Assembly (NCBI GenBank): GCA_964016885.1
Contig: OZ024754.1
Coordinates: 37,820,001 to 37,884,000 of the forward strand
From: Eledone cirrhosa
Taxonomy: Eukaryota
DNA length: 64,000 bases
Reading direction: 5' to 3'
The notes under the pieces were generated by a model that saw only the letters and a program-made list of their open reading frames with translations, had not been told where the DNA came from and ran no database searches. This document shows positions 20,832-33,410 of this stretch, piece by piece; positions within the stretch are counted from its first letter, which is position 1; the number at the start of each line of letters is the position of its first letter. Both the position numbers and the translations under genes were made by a program.

Positions 20832-21276
20832 CATACATACACACACATGCACCATCTCCTCCTTACCTTTCGTCAATATTATTTTACCAAACATCTCAGC
20901 AAGCAGCTGTATGTAAGTAAATCAATAGAGAAGGTAAGCAACTGACATATTTTTTCGCTACCTAAATATTTCCTTCGATGCGAATTAAAATTCCCAATGT
21001 AGAAAGAAAGGAAATACAAAAATAATAGAAAATAAAACCAAAATTCGGATAATTTTCGTCCATGCTGACCGTCTACAATTAATATAATTTTAAAAGAATT
21101 TTACAGAACTGTTTGGATTTTATATTAATATTTCGAGATAAGTAAGCAGTTCGCTTCTTTCAACACACACCACACATACATACATGCATGTATGCATGCA
21201 TACACACATACATACATACATGCATCCATGCATGCATGCATGTATGTATGTGTGTGTGTATACATACATACATACA

Positions 21277-21310
<34 letters not shown>

Positions 21311-21783
21311 CATACATACACTCATGAGAAATCTAGACACTCCACCCTGACTATACATACAAATTTATGCCCAAGATTATTGGGGCACTGGGATATGTTA
21401 GTAACTGCCTCAATACAAATCTTGAGAAGCTGGGGTTCTCGGGAACAGATAGAAAACGACTAGTTAGGAAATTACAAGTACAATCCAGTAAAAATATGTA
21501 AAACATTCCAAAAATTCTGCATCTAATAACTGCATATATACTTGTACAGATACAAAGCATATGCACATGCACACATACAACTCAATACGCAAACATCCAC
21601 ACATACAATAACATGCACGCATGCAGACATTCAGACATATCTACCTAGATGATGTTATGTAAATTCCAATGAGAGAGTCTTGTAACTATGTTAGAAACCG
21701 ACTCTCTCTCTCTATTGGTAAACATTTGTGAAATTATAAAACCAGAAGAACATACTTACATACATACATACATACATACATAC

Positions 21784-22391
21784 ATGGTGGCTGCCAACTC
21801 GTTTTCGAGTACGGCCACTACTTTATATCCATGTAGGAGAACCCCTACCGATGCGCTGAACGAGTGTGACTTTTTAGTCCAGCCAGCGACTTGACAACTC
21901 TGGTACAAACACTACACTTGTGACAATATTTGACACATAGTGCTGGGCCCATGGTACCATGTGACGACAAGTGCAGAGAGATCTCCAGATATAAAGCAAT
22001 GCCTGTGCCGTGAAGCTTTTATAGTGAGAAAAGGCACTGCACAAAGCCAGTCCCACTCTCTTAACCAAGATGATATTTAACAAAAAGAAGAACAAGTCAA
22101 CATCATTGGATACCATCAGGGTTGCAGGTGTTATATCAGAGTTTTCCTTCTCCTAGAATTCTGCCTTGACAAAGGCTAAGGGGTCATCTCTCCCAGTGAT
22201 TTTGGATGGCCATTGACTCATAAGAGCTCCTTTGCCCTTTGACAGGTTTTGTTTTTAGTCCTGCAGGATGTCCAAAGTTACCCTCCTCACCAAGAAACCT
22301 TGGTGGGGTTGCCAGTTTAGTCGCCAACGACCCGACCATGAGACAGGTTGTACTGGGATACATGTTACCAGTAGCACCAACTGGTGACCTG
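21784..22391 (-). mobile_element. ~610-bp non-autonomous element X1 within (CATA)n (second copy 32321-32928)
   Basis: Two near-identical copies with the same ends. RTE-5'UTR-like motifs taaactggcaaccccacc and tctaggagaaggaaaactctga on minus; (ATGT)n tail. Confidence 0.65.
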
Positions 22392-22442
22392 ACATACATA
22401 CATACATACATACATACATACATACATACATACATACATACA

Positions 22443-22976
22443 TGATGGCTGCCCCTTCGTTATCGAGTATGGCCATTGCATGATATACCATTATTAATAA
22501 TTATCAATTAATGCTATCGTGCAATGCCTGTGGGTGAAGATATTTTTTAAAGTGAGGAAAGACTGTACATTGAGCCAATCCCACTCTCTGAGCGACAGTA
22601 ACTATAACCCGAAAAGAAGAAAAGATCAACATCACCGGTAACTACTGAGCCACAGGTTTTATATCAGAGTTATCACAGTTTCCTGAGTTGCCTTCTCCTA
22701 GAAGAATGCCCCGACAAAGGCTAGAGGTCCTTCACTCCCAGTGGTTTAACCGCGTGGTACATGTGTATATACATATTTACACACTTTCGGATGGCCGTTG
22801 GCCCTTATGAGTTCTTCCGCCCTTTGTCAGGTTTTGTTTTTTGTCCTGCTGGGTGTCCAAAATCACCCTCCTCACCAAGTAAACTTGGTGGGGTTGCCAG
22901 TTTAGTCGCCGACGGCCCGACCATGCGACAGGTTGTACTGGGTTACATGTTACTAGTAGCACTCAAGGGTGATCCG
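22443..22976 (-). mobile_element. ~535-bp non-autonomous element X2 within (CATA)n (second copy 24426-24959)
   Basis: Shares both terminal regions with X1. End remnants of about 30 bp at 23220-23249 and 23437-23463. Confidence 0.65.
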
Positions 22977-23102
22977 ACATACATACATACATACATACAT
23001 ACATACATACATACATACATACATACATACATACATACATACATACATCTTTTATTCGAATTCGTAGAGATATCCGACTAAATACATAATTCATTTTACA
23101 AG

Positions 23103-26100
23103 GGTTTGCTACGAATAAGATGGCTGAACACAGCAAGACCAGCAACATTAAAAAAGTACCGAACAAAAACGATGAGAAAGGTAAACAAAATGTACATACG
23201 TACATACATACATACATACATGTTACTAGTAGCACTCAAGGGTGATCCGACATACATACATACATACATACATACATCTTTTATTCGAATTCGTAGAGAT
23301 ATCCGACTAAATACATAATTCATTTTACAAGGATTTGCTACGAATAAGATGGGTGAACACAGCAAGACCAGCAACATTAAGAAAGTAACAACCAAAAACG
23401 ATGAGAAAGGTAAACAAAATGTACATACATACATACATGTTACTAGTAGCACTCAAGGGTGATCATACATACATACATACATACATACATCTTTTATTCG
23501 AATTCGTAGAGATATCCGACTAAATACATAATTCATTTTACAAGGATTTGCGACGAATAAGATGGCTGAAAACAGCAAGACCAGCAACATTAAGAAAGAA
23601 CCGAACAAAAACGATGAGAAAGGTAAACAAAATGTACATACATACATCTTTTCGAATTTGTAGAGATATCTGACTAAATACATAATTCATTTTACTAGGA
23701 TTTGCTGGAAACAGACAGTTTAAAAGACGTAAGACACTCGCCAAGAAAGGTAAACAAAATTTACATACATACATACATCTTTTCTTTGAATTCGTAGAGA
23801 TATCTGACTAAATATATAATTCATTTTACAAGGATTTGTTCCATTGTGCACGAATGACTTCAGCGACATCAGGATTAAGCAATTCCCAAGTGTAACCAAC
23901 GAGAGAGGTAAACAAAATTTAATACATACATACAGACATACAGACATACAAACATACATACATCTTTTCTTCGAATTCGTAGAGATATCTGACTAAATAT
24001 ATAATTCATTTTACAAGCATTTGCTACAAGGAGCATGGATTTCAGCGACACCTGGATTTTTGAGGAATTACCGAAGTTAAACATGTCTGAACACAGCAAG
24101 ACCAGCAACATTAAGGAAGTACCGAACAAAAACGATGAAGAAGGTAAACAAAATTTACATACATGCATGCATACATACATCTTTTATTCGAATTTGTAGA
24201 GGTATCTGACTAAATACATTATTCATTTTACAAGGATTTGCTACGACCAGCAAGGCTGAAGACAACGACATCAATAACATTAAGGAAGTACAGAAGGAAA
24301 ATTACGAGAAAAGTAAGCAAAATTTATTCAGTTGTAGCTCCAGAAGAAACCGAAATTATAAATCGCACATACATACATACATACATACATACATACATAC
24401 ATACATACATACATACATACATACATGATGGCTGCCCCTTCGTTATCGAGTATGGCCATTGCATGATATACCATTATTAATAATTATCAATTAATGCTAT
24501 CGTGCAATGCCTGTGGGTGAAGATATTTTTTAAAGTGAGGAAAGACTGTACATTGAGCCAATCCCACTCTCTGAGCGACAGTAACTATAACCCGAAAAGA
24601 AGAAAAGATCAACATCACCGGTAACTACTGAGCCACAGGTTTTATATCAGAGTTATCATAGTTTCCTGAGTTGCCTTCTCCTAGAAGAATGCCCCGACAA
24701 AGGCTAGAGGTCCTTCACTCCCAGTGGTTTAACCGCGTGGTATATGTGTATATACATATTTACACACTTTCGGATGGCCGTTGGCTCTTATGAGTTCTTC
24801 CGCCCTTTGTCAGGTTTTGTTTTTTGTCCTGCTGGGTGTCCAAAATCACCCTCCTCACCAAGTAAACTTGGTGGGGTTGCCAGTTTAGTCGCCGACGGCC
24901 CGACCATGCGACAGGTTGTACTGGGTTACATGTTACTAGTAGCACTCAAGGGTGATCCGACATACATACATACATACATACATACATACATACATACATA
25001 CATCTTTTATTCGAATTCGTAGAGATATCCGACTAAATACATAATTCATTTTACAAGGATTTGTTCCATTGTGCATCAATGACTTCAGCGACATCAAGCT
25101 TAAGCAATTCCCAAGGGTAACCAACGAGAGAGGTAAACAAAATTTAATACATACATACAGACATACAGACATACAAACATACATACATCTTTTCTTCGAA
25201 TTCGTAGAGATATCTGACTAAATATATAATTCATTTTACAAGCATGTGCTACAAGGAGCATGGATGAAATCACCGACACCTGGATTTTTGAGGAATTACC
25301 GAAGTTAAACATGGCTGAACACAGCAAGACCCGCAACATTAAGGAAGTACCGAACAAAAACGATGAGAAAGGTAAACAAAATTTACATACATGCATGCAT
25401 ACATACATCTTTTATTCGAATTTGTCGAGGTATCTGACTAAATACATTATTCATTTTACAAGCATTTGCTACGACCAGCAAGGCTGAAGACAACGACATC
25501 AATAACATTAAGGAAGTACAGAAGGAAAATTACGAGAAAGGTAAACAAAATTTATTCAGTTGTAGCTACAGAAGAAACCGAAATTATAAATCGCACATAC
25601 ATACATACATACATACATACATACATACATCTTTTATTCGAATTTGTAGAGATATCCGACTAAATACATAATTCATTTTACAAGGATTTGCTACGAATAA
25701 CATGGCTGAACACAGGAACACCAAGAAGATTGAGAAAGTACCGAACGAAAACGATGAGAAAGGTAAACAAAATGTACATACAGACATACAGACATACAAA
25801 CATACATACATCTTTTCTTCGAATTCGTAGAGATATCTGACTAAATATATAATTCATTTTACAAGGATTTGCTACAATGAGCATGGATGAATACAGCGAC
25901 ACCTGGATTTTTGAGGAATTACCGAAGTTAAACGTCGACAAAGGTAAACAAAATTTACATACATGCATGCATACATACATCTTTTATTCGAATTTGTCGA
26001 GGTATCTGACTAAATACATTATTCATTTTACAAGCATTTGCTACGACCAGCAAGGCTGAAGACAACGACATCAATAACATTAAGGAAGTACAGAAGGAAA

Positions 26101-29100
26101 ATTACGAGAAAGGTAAACAAAATTTATTCAGTTGTAGCTACAGAAGAAACCGAAATTATAAATCGCACATACATACATACATACATACATACATACATAC
26201 ATACATACATACATACATCTTTTATTCGAATTTGTAGAGATATCCGACTAAATACATAATTCATTTTACAAGGATTTGCTACGAATAACATGGCTGAACA
26301 CAGGAACACCAAGAAGATTGAGAAAGTACCGAACGAAAACGATGAGAAAGGTAAACAAAATGTACATACAGACATACAGACATACAAACATACATACATC
26401 TTTTCTTCGAATTCGTAGAGATATCTGACTAAATATATAATTCATTTTACAAGGATTTGCTACAATGAGCATGGATGAATACAGCGACACCTGGATTTTT
26501 GAGGAATTACCGAAGTTAAACGTCGACAAAGGTAAACAAAATTTACATACATGCATGCATACATACATCTTTTATTCGAATTTGTAGAGGTATCTGACTA
26601 AATACATTATTCATTTTACAAGGATTTGCTACGAACAACATGGCTGAACACAGCAAGACCAGCAACATTAAGGAAGTACCGAACAAAAACGATGAGAAAG
26701 GTAAACAAAATGTACATACATACATACATACATACATACATACATACATACAACTTTTATTCGAATTCGTAGAGGTATCCGACTAAATACATTATTCATT
26801 TTACAAGGATTTGCTACGACCAGCAAGGCTGAAGACAACGGCATCAATAACATTGAGGAAGTACAGAAGGAAAATTACGAGAAAGGTAAATAAAATTTAT
26901 TCAGTTGTAGCTACAGAAGAAACCGAAATTATAAATCGCACATACATACATACATACATACATACATACATACATACATACATACATACATACATACATA
27001 CATACATACACACATACATACACACATACATACATACATACATACATACATACATACATACATACATACATACATACATACATACAACTTTTATTCGAAT
27101 TCGTAGAGGTATCCGACTAAATACATTATTCATTTTACAAGGATTTGCTACGACCAGCAAGGCTGAAGACAACGGCATCAATAACATTGAGGAAGTACAG
27201 AAGGAAAATTACGAGAAAGGTAAACAAAATTTATTCAGTTGTAGCTACAGAAGAAACCGAAATTATAAATCGCACATACATACATACATACATACATACA
27301 TACATACATACATACACACATACACACATACATACATACATACATACATACATACATACATACATACATACATACATACATACATACATACATACATACA
27401 TACATACATACATACATACATACATACATACATACATACATACATACATACATGCATACATACATACATACATACAACTTTTATTCGAATTCGTAGAGGT
27501 ATCCGACTAAATACATTATTCATTTTACAAGGATTTGCTACGACCAGCAAGGCTGAAGACAACGGCATCAATAACATTGAGGAAGTACAGAAGGAAAATT
27601 ACGAGAAAGGTAAACAAAATTTATTCAGTTGTAGCTACAGAAGAAACCGAAATTATAAATCGCACATACATACATACATACATACATACATACATACATA
27701 CATACACACATACACACATACACACATACATACATACATACATACATACATACATACATACATACATACATACATACATACATACATACAACTTTTATTC
27801 GAATTCGTAGAGGTATCCGACTAAATACATTATTCATTTTACAAGGATTTGCTACGACCAGCAAGGCTGAAGACAACGGCATCAATAACATTGAGGAAGT
27901 ACAGAAGGAAAATTACGAGAAAGGTAAACAAAATTTATTCAGTTGTAGCTACAGAAGAAACCGAAATTATAAATCGCACATACATACATACATACATACA
28001 TACATACATACATACATACATACATACATACATACATACATACATACATACATACATACATACATACATACATACATACATACATACATACCTTAACCTG
28101 TTCTTACAGGATCACTGTGCTGCCAACAAGATCATAACACCTGAGCAAGCTGGTGGAAAGAGGGAGGTGTGGGGTTGCATAGATCACCTACTAACTAACA
28201 AAATGATTCAGGAAAAAACAACAAAGAATCGCAGAAACATGACTGTCGTGTGGCTGGACTATCAAAAAGCATTTGATAGTGTACCTCATGGGTGGATTGT
28301 TAAGGCTTTACAGTTAGCTAAAGTCCCACAACCATTGGTAGCTGCTGTTGAACGCCTGACCAAGGACTGGTACACCAGTTTGATCCTTAGAGGTGAGAAG
28401 GAGCAGGTTAAGACTGATAAGATACATTACCAGAAGGGCATCTTTCAGGGTGATAGCTTGTCAGTGCTACTCTTCGTTCTCTCACTGAATCCACTATCTT
28501 ACCTACTCAGGAAACAAGGTGGACAAAGAAGTGGGACCAGAAGTATCTCCCATCTTTTCTTTGTTGATGACCTGAAGTTGTATGGGCCAAATATCAATGA
28601 CATCAAGAAACAATTGGACCTCATTACACAATTTTCAACCGACATCAAAATGAAATTTGGTGAGTCCAAGTGTGCATATTTGGCAGTAAAACGTGGAAGA
28701 GCTGTGCCCTCCTCTAGAAATCTAGAGATGAACGGCCTGACAATACAACCTCTGCAGTCAGGTGACAACTACAGATATCTTGGACAGGATGAGAATGTCA
28801 GATATGATGGACCCATAAATAAGGAGAGAACCAGAACTGAATACCTCAGAAGAGTAAAGAAAATATGGTCATCAGAACTGTCAGCATACAACAAATACAT
28901 TGCCCACAATACTTATGCTGTGCCAATTCTAACGCCAACATTTGGCCTACTGAACTGGTCATTGCAAGAACTAAGTGAGATGGATGTTAGAACTCGAAAA
29001 CTTCTCAGTGTTACTGGGAACTTTAACATCAATGGTGATGTGGATAGGCTATACTTCTCACGCAAGGAAGGTGGCCGGGGTCTAAAATCAATATTAACAA

Positions 29101-31649
29101 CATATGAGACCCGGATAGTGACACTGAAGCAACACCTTCAACAGAGGAAAAAGGTTGGCAACCATCTTGCCCAGGTTTATGACCATGAAAAAAGAAATAT
29201 CATTAGAATAGCGACTGATCTGGAGGAGAGATATGGAATAAAGCCTGATATAAATCTCTCACCCAGAGAAATCGGAAGATCCTATTCAATGTTCAAACAA
29301 GATAAAAAAATTGACCAATTTACAGAAAAAGTTGTGCATGGATACTTGAGGCGTAAAACACAGACCATAAAGGGGATAAACCACTCAAAAAGCCTGGCAT
29401 GGAGTTCCGACAAGTTTATGACATCACACCTTGAGGGATATCTCTATGCAATACAGGAACAAGAACTCCCTACCAAATATCTGCTGCACAAAAGAGGAGG
29501 GCCAGCAGCTGACAATAAATGTAGGCTATGTAAAACAAAGATCGAGGATGTAAGCCACATTGTTGCCAGCTGCGAAAGAATGTCATCTCGCTACTACCTC
29601 CCCATGAGACACGATGGGATAGCTAGAACCATGTGGAACGCACTTCGGAAAACAAAATTAACAACAAACGAGGAAGAATATATTGAGACAGATGGCACTA
29701 AGGAATACTGGTGGAACCTGAAAATAAAAACTGCCACCAAATTAAAGCACAACCGGCCTGATATTGTAGTTTGGGACCACACATTGAAAACGTGTTCTGT
29801 TGTGGAGATCAGCTGCCCACTTGATGTAAACGTTGTCAGAAAAATACAGGAGAAGGAGGACATCTACGGACCATTGATGAGGAGTTTACAAATCCAGTAT
29901 CCAAGATACACCTTTAGCTTCATACCCATCATTATTGGTGCTACGGGTTATATACCAACCCGCTTGGACCAAAGTATGACTGAACTTGGATTTGTGGACA
30001 AAAAGCGCAGCTCCCTAATTCATAGTCTACAAATGGCTGCGATAGCTGGCACCTTCAAAATTTGCAAAACATTCTTGCGATTCAAGGGATGACAATTTCT
30101 TTTCTTTTACAACCTTGCCACCAGGAAGGTGGCCGGTCAAAAAAATATACTCGAAATTAAGAGAAAGAGAAAACATACACACATACATACACACATACAT
30201 ACATACATACATACATACATACATACATACATACATACATACATACATACATACATACATACATACAACTTTTATTCGAATTCGTAGAGGTATCCGACTA
30301 AATACATTATTCATTTTACAAGGATTTGCTACGACCAGCAAGGCTGAAGACAACGGCATCAATAACATTGAGGAAGTACAGAAGGAAAATTACGAGAAAG
30401 GTAAACAAAATTTATTCAGTTGTAGCTACAGAAGAAACCGAAATTATAAATCGCACATACATACATACATACATACATACATACATACATACATACATAC
30501 ATACATACATACATACACACATACATACATACATACATACATACATACATACATACATACATACATACATACATACACCCTAATTCATAGTCTACAAATG
30601 GCTGCGATAGCTGGCACCTTCAAAATATGCAAAACATTCTTGCGATTCAAGGGATGACAATTTCTTTTCTTTTACAACCTTGCCACCAGGAAGGTGGCCG
30701 GTCAAAAAAATATACTCGAAATTAAGAGAAAGAGAAAACATACATACATACATACATACATACAACTTTTATTCGAATTCGTAGAGGTATCCGACTAAAT
30801 ACATTATTCATTTTACAAGGATTTGCTACGACCAGCAAGGCTGAAGACAACGGCATCAATAACATTGAGGAAGTACAGAAGGAAAATTACGAGAAAGGTA
30901 AACAAAATTTATTCAATTGTAGCTACAGAAGAAACCGAAATTATAAATCGCACATACATACATACATACATACATACATACATACATACATACATACATA
31001 CATACATACATACATACATACATCTTTTATTCGAATCCGTAGAGATATCCGACTAAATACATAATTCATTTTAGAAGAATTTGCTACAAATAACATGGCT
31101 GAACACAGCAAGACCAGCAACATTAAGGAAGTACCGAACAAAAACGATGAGAAAGGTAAACAAAATGTACATACATACATACATACATACATACATACAT
31201 ACATACATACATACACACATACACACATACATACATACATACATACATACATACATACATACATACATACATACATACATACATGCATACATGCATACAT
31301 ACATACATACATACATACATACATACATACATACATACATACATACATACATACATACATACATACATACAACTTTTATTCGAATTCGTAGAGGTATCCG
31401 ACTAAATACATTATTCATTTTACAAGGATTTGCTACGACCAGCAAGGCTGAAGACAACGGCATCAATAACATTAAGGAAGTACAGAAGGAAAATTACGAG
31501 AAAGGTAAACAAAATTTATTCAGTTGTAGCTACAGAAGAAACCGAAATTATAAATCGCACATACATACATACATACATACATACATACATACATACATAC
31601 ATACATACATACATACACACACACATACATACATACATACATACATACA

Positions 31650-31682
<33 letters not shown>

Positions 31683-31685
31683 GCA

Positions 31686-31719
<34 letters not shown>

Positions 31720-33249
31720 CATACATACATACATACATACATACATACATACATACATACATACATACATACAACTTTTATTCGAATTCGTAGAGGTATC
31801 CGACTAAATACATTATTCATTTTACAAGGATTTGCTACGAATAACATGGCTGAACACAGCAAGACCAGCAACATTAAGGAAGTACCGAACAAAAACGATG
31901 AGAAAGGTAAACAAAATGTACATACATACATACATACAACTTTTATTCGAATTCGTAGAGGTATCCGACTAAATACATTATTCATTTTACAAGGATTTGC
32001 TACGACCAGCAAGACTGAAGACAACGACATCAATAACATTAAGGAAGTACAGAAGAAAAATTACGAGAAAGGTAAACAAAATTTATTCAGTTGTAGCTAC
32101 AGAAGAAGCCGAAATTATAAATCGCACATACATACATACATACATACATACATATTTTATTCGAATTCGTAGAGATATCCGACTAAATACATAATTCTTT
32201 TTACAAGGATTTTCTACGAACAACATGGCTGAATACAGCAAGACCAGCAACATTAAGGAAGTACCGAACAAAAACGATGAGAAAGGTAAACAAAATGTAC
32301 ATACATACATACATACATACATGGTGGCTGCCAACTCGTTTTCGAGTACGGCCACTACTTCATATCCATGTAGAAGAACCCCTACCGATGCGCTGTACGA
32401 GTGTGACTTTTTAGTCCAGCCAGCGACTTGAAAACACTGGTACAAACACTACACTTGTGACAATTATTGACACATTGTGCTAGGCCCTTAGTACCATGTG
32501 ACGACAAGTGCAGAGAGATCTCCAGATATAAAGCAATATCTGTGCCGTGAAGCTTTTATAGTGAGCAAAGGCACTGCACAAAGCCAGTCCCACTCTCTTA
32601 ACCAAGATGGTATTTACCAAAAAGAAGAACAAGTCAACATCATTGGATACTATCAGGGTTGCAGGTGATATATCAGAGTTTTCCTTCTCCTAGAATTCTG
32701 CCTTGATAAAGGCTAAGGGGTCATCTCTCCCGGTGATTTTGGATGGCCATTGACTCTTAAGAGCTCCTTTGCCCTTTGACAGGTTTTGTTTTTAGTCCTG
32801 CAGGATGTCCAAAGTCACCCTCCTCACCAAGAAACCTTGGTGGGGTTGCCAGTTTAGTCGCCAACGACCCGACCATGGGACAGGTTGTACTGGGATACAT
32901 GTTACCAGTAGCACCAACTGGTGACCTGACATACATACATACATACATACATACATACATACATACATACATACATACATACATACATACATACATACAT
33001 ACATACATCTTTTATTCGAATTCGTAGAGGTATCCGACTAAATACATTATTCATTTTACAAGGATTTGCTACGACCAGCAAGGCTGAAGACAACGACATC
33101 AATAACATTAAGGAAGTACAGAAGGAAAATTACGAGAAAGGTAAACAAAATTTTTTCAGTTGTAGCTACAGAAGAAACCGAAATTATAAATCGCACATAC
33201 ATACATACATACATACATACATACATACATACATACATACATACATACA

Positions 33250-33280
<31 letters not shown>

Positions 33281-33410
33281 TTTATTCGAATTCGTAGAGA
33301 TATCCGACTAAATACATAATTCATTTTACAAGGATTTGCTACGAATAACATGGCTGAACACAGCAAGACCAGCAACATTAAGAAAGTACCGAACAAAAAC
33401 GACGAGAAAG
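23103..33410 (+). CDS. Predicted array of 29 symmetric phase-1 micro-exons (2328 nt, 776 aa if all included) encoding GFAT...EK repeats
   Basis: AG/GT-bounded, stop-free segments: 23103-23180, 23332-23409, 23545-23622, 23699-23749, 23833-23907, 24018-24143, 24235-24312, 25058-25132, 25243-25371, 25463-25540, 25685-25762, 25866-25943, 26035-26112, 26273-26350, 26454-26531, 26623-26700, 26808-26885, 27142-27219, 27532-27609, 27846-27923, 30323-30400, 30820-30897, 31078-31155, 31427-31504, 31829-31906, 31994-32071, 32208-32285, 33063-33140, 33333-33410. Lengths are 78 (x24), 75 (x2), 51, 126 and 129. No expression data. Confidence 0.65.
28091..30173 (+). mobile_element. 5'-truncated R4/Dong-like non-LTR retrotransposon (RT + CCHC + restriction-like endonuclease) inserted in (CATA)n
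   Basis: Uninterrupted frame to TGA at 30092: WLDYQKAFDSV, GIFQGDSLS, FFVDD, CRLC..HIVASC, RHD, RPDIV..VEISCP..KEDIY. 81-nt 3'UTR. CATA repeats on both sides. Confidence 0.93.
30578..30738 (+). mobile_element. 161-bp 3' fragment of the same R4-like element
   Basis: Near-identical to 30013-30173, with the same gagaaaa|catac junction. Confidence 0.93.

Noticed and set aside
27849-28090. N-terminal part of the 747-aa ORF
   Set aside because: TTG start in a shifted frame of an array unit, with read-through of (CATA)n. Real LINE coding begins at about 28091.
23103-30092. Diversity-generating retroelement (RT next to variable repeats)
   Set aside because: Substitutions are not adenine-restricted (e.g. 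CAC/GAC, ATG/AAG, CCG/CAG), and the RT is a non-LTR RLE type, not a DGR RT.
22963-33396. Hydrophobic TM-like minus-strand ORFs (FLFGTSLMLLVLLCSAMLFVANP)
   Set aside because: Antisense shadow of A-rich cores. I found no consistent minus-strand splice signals bounding the variable region, whereas the + strand has them in all 29 units.
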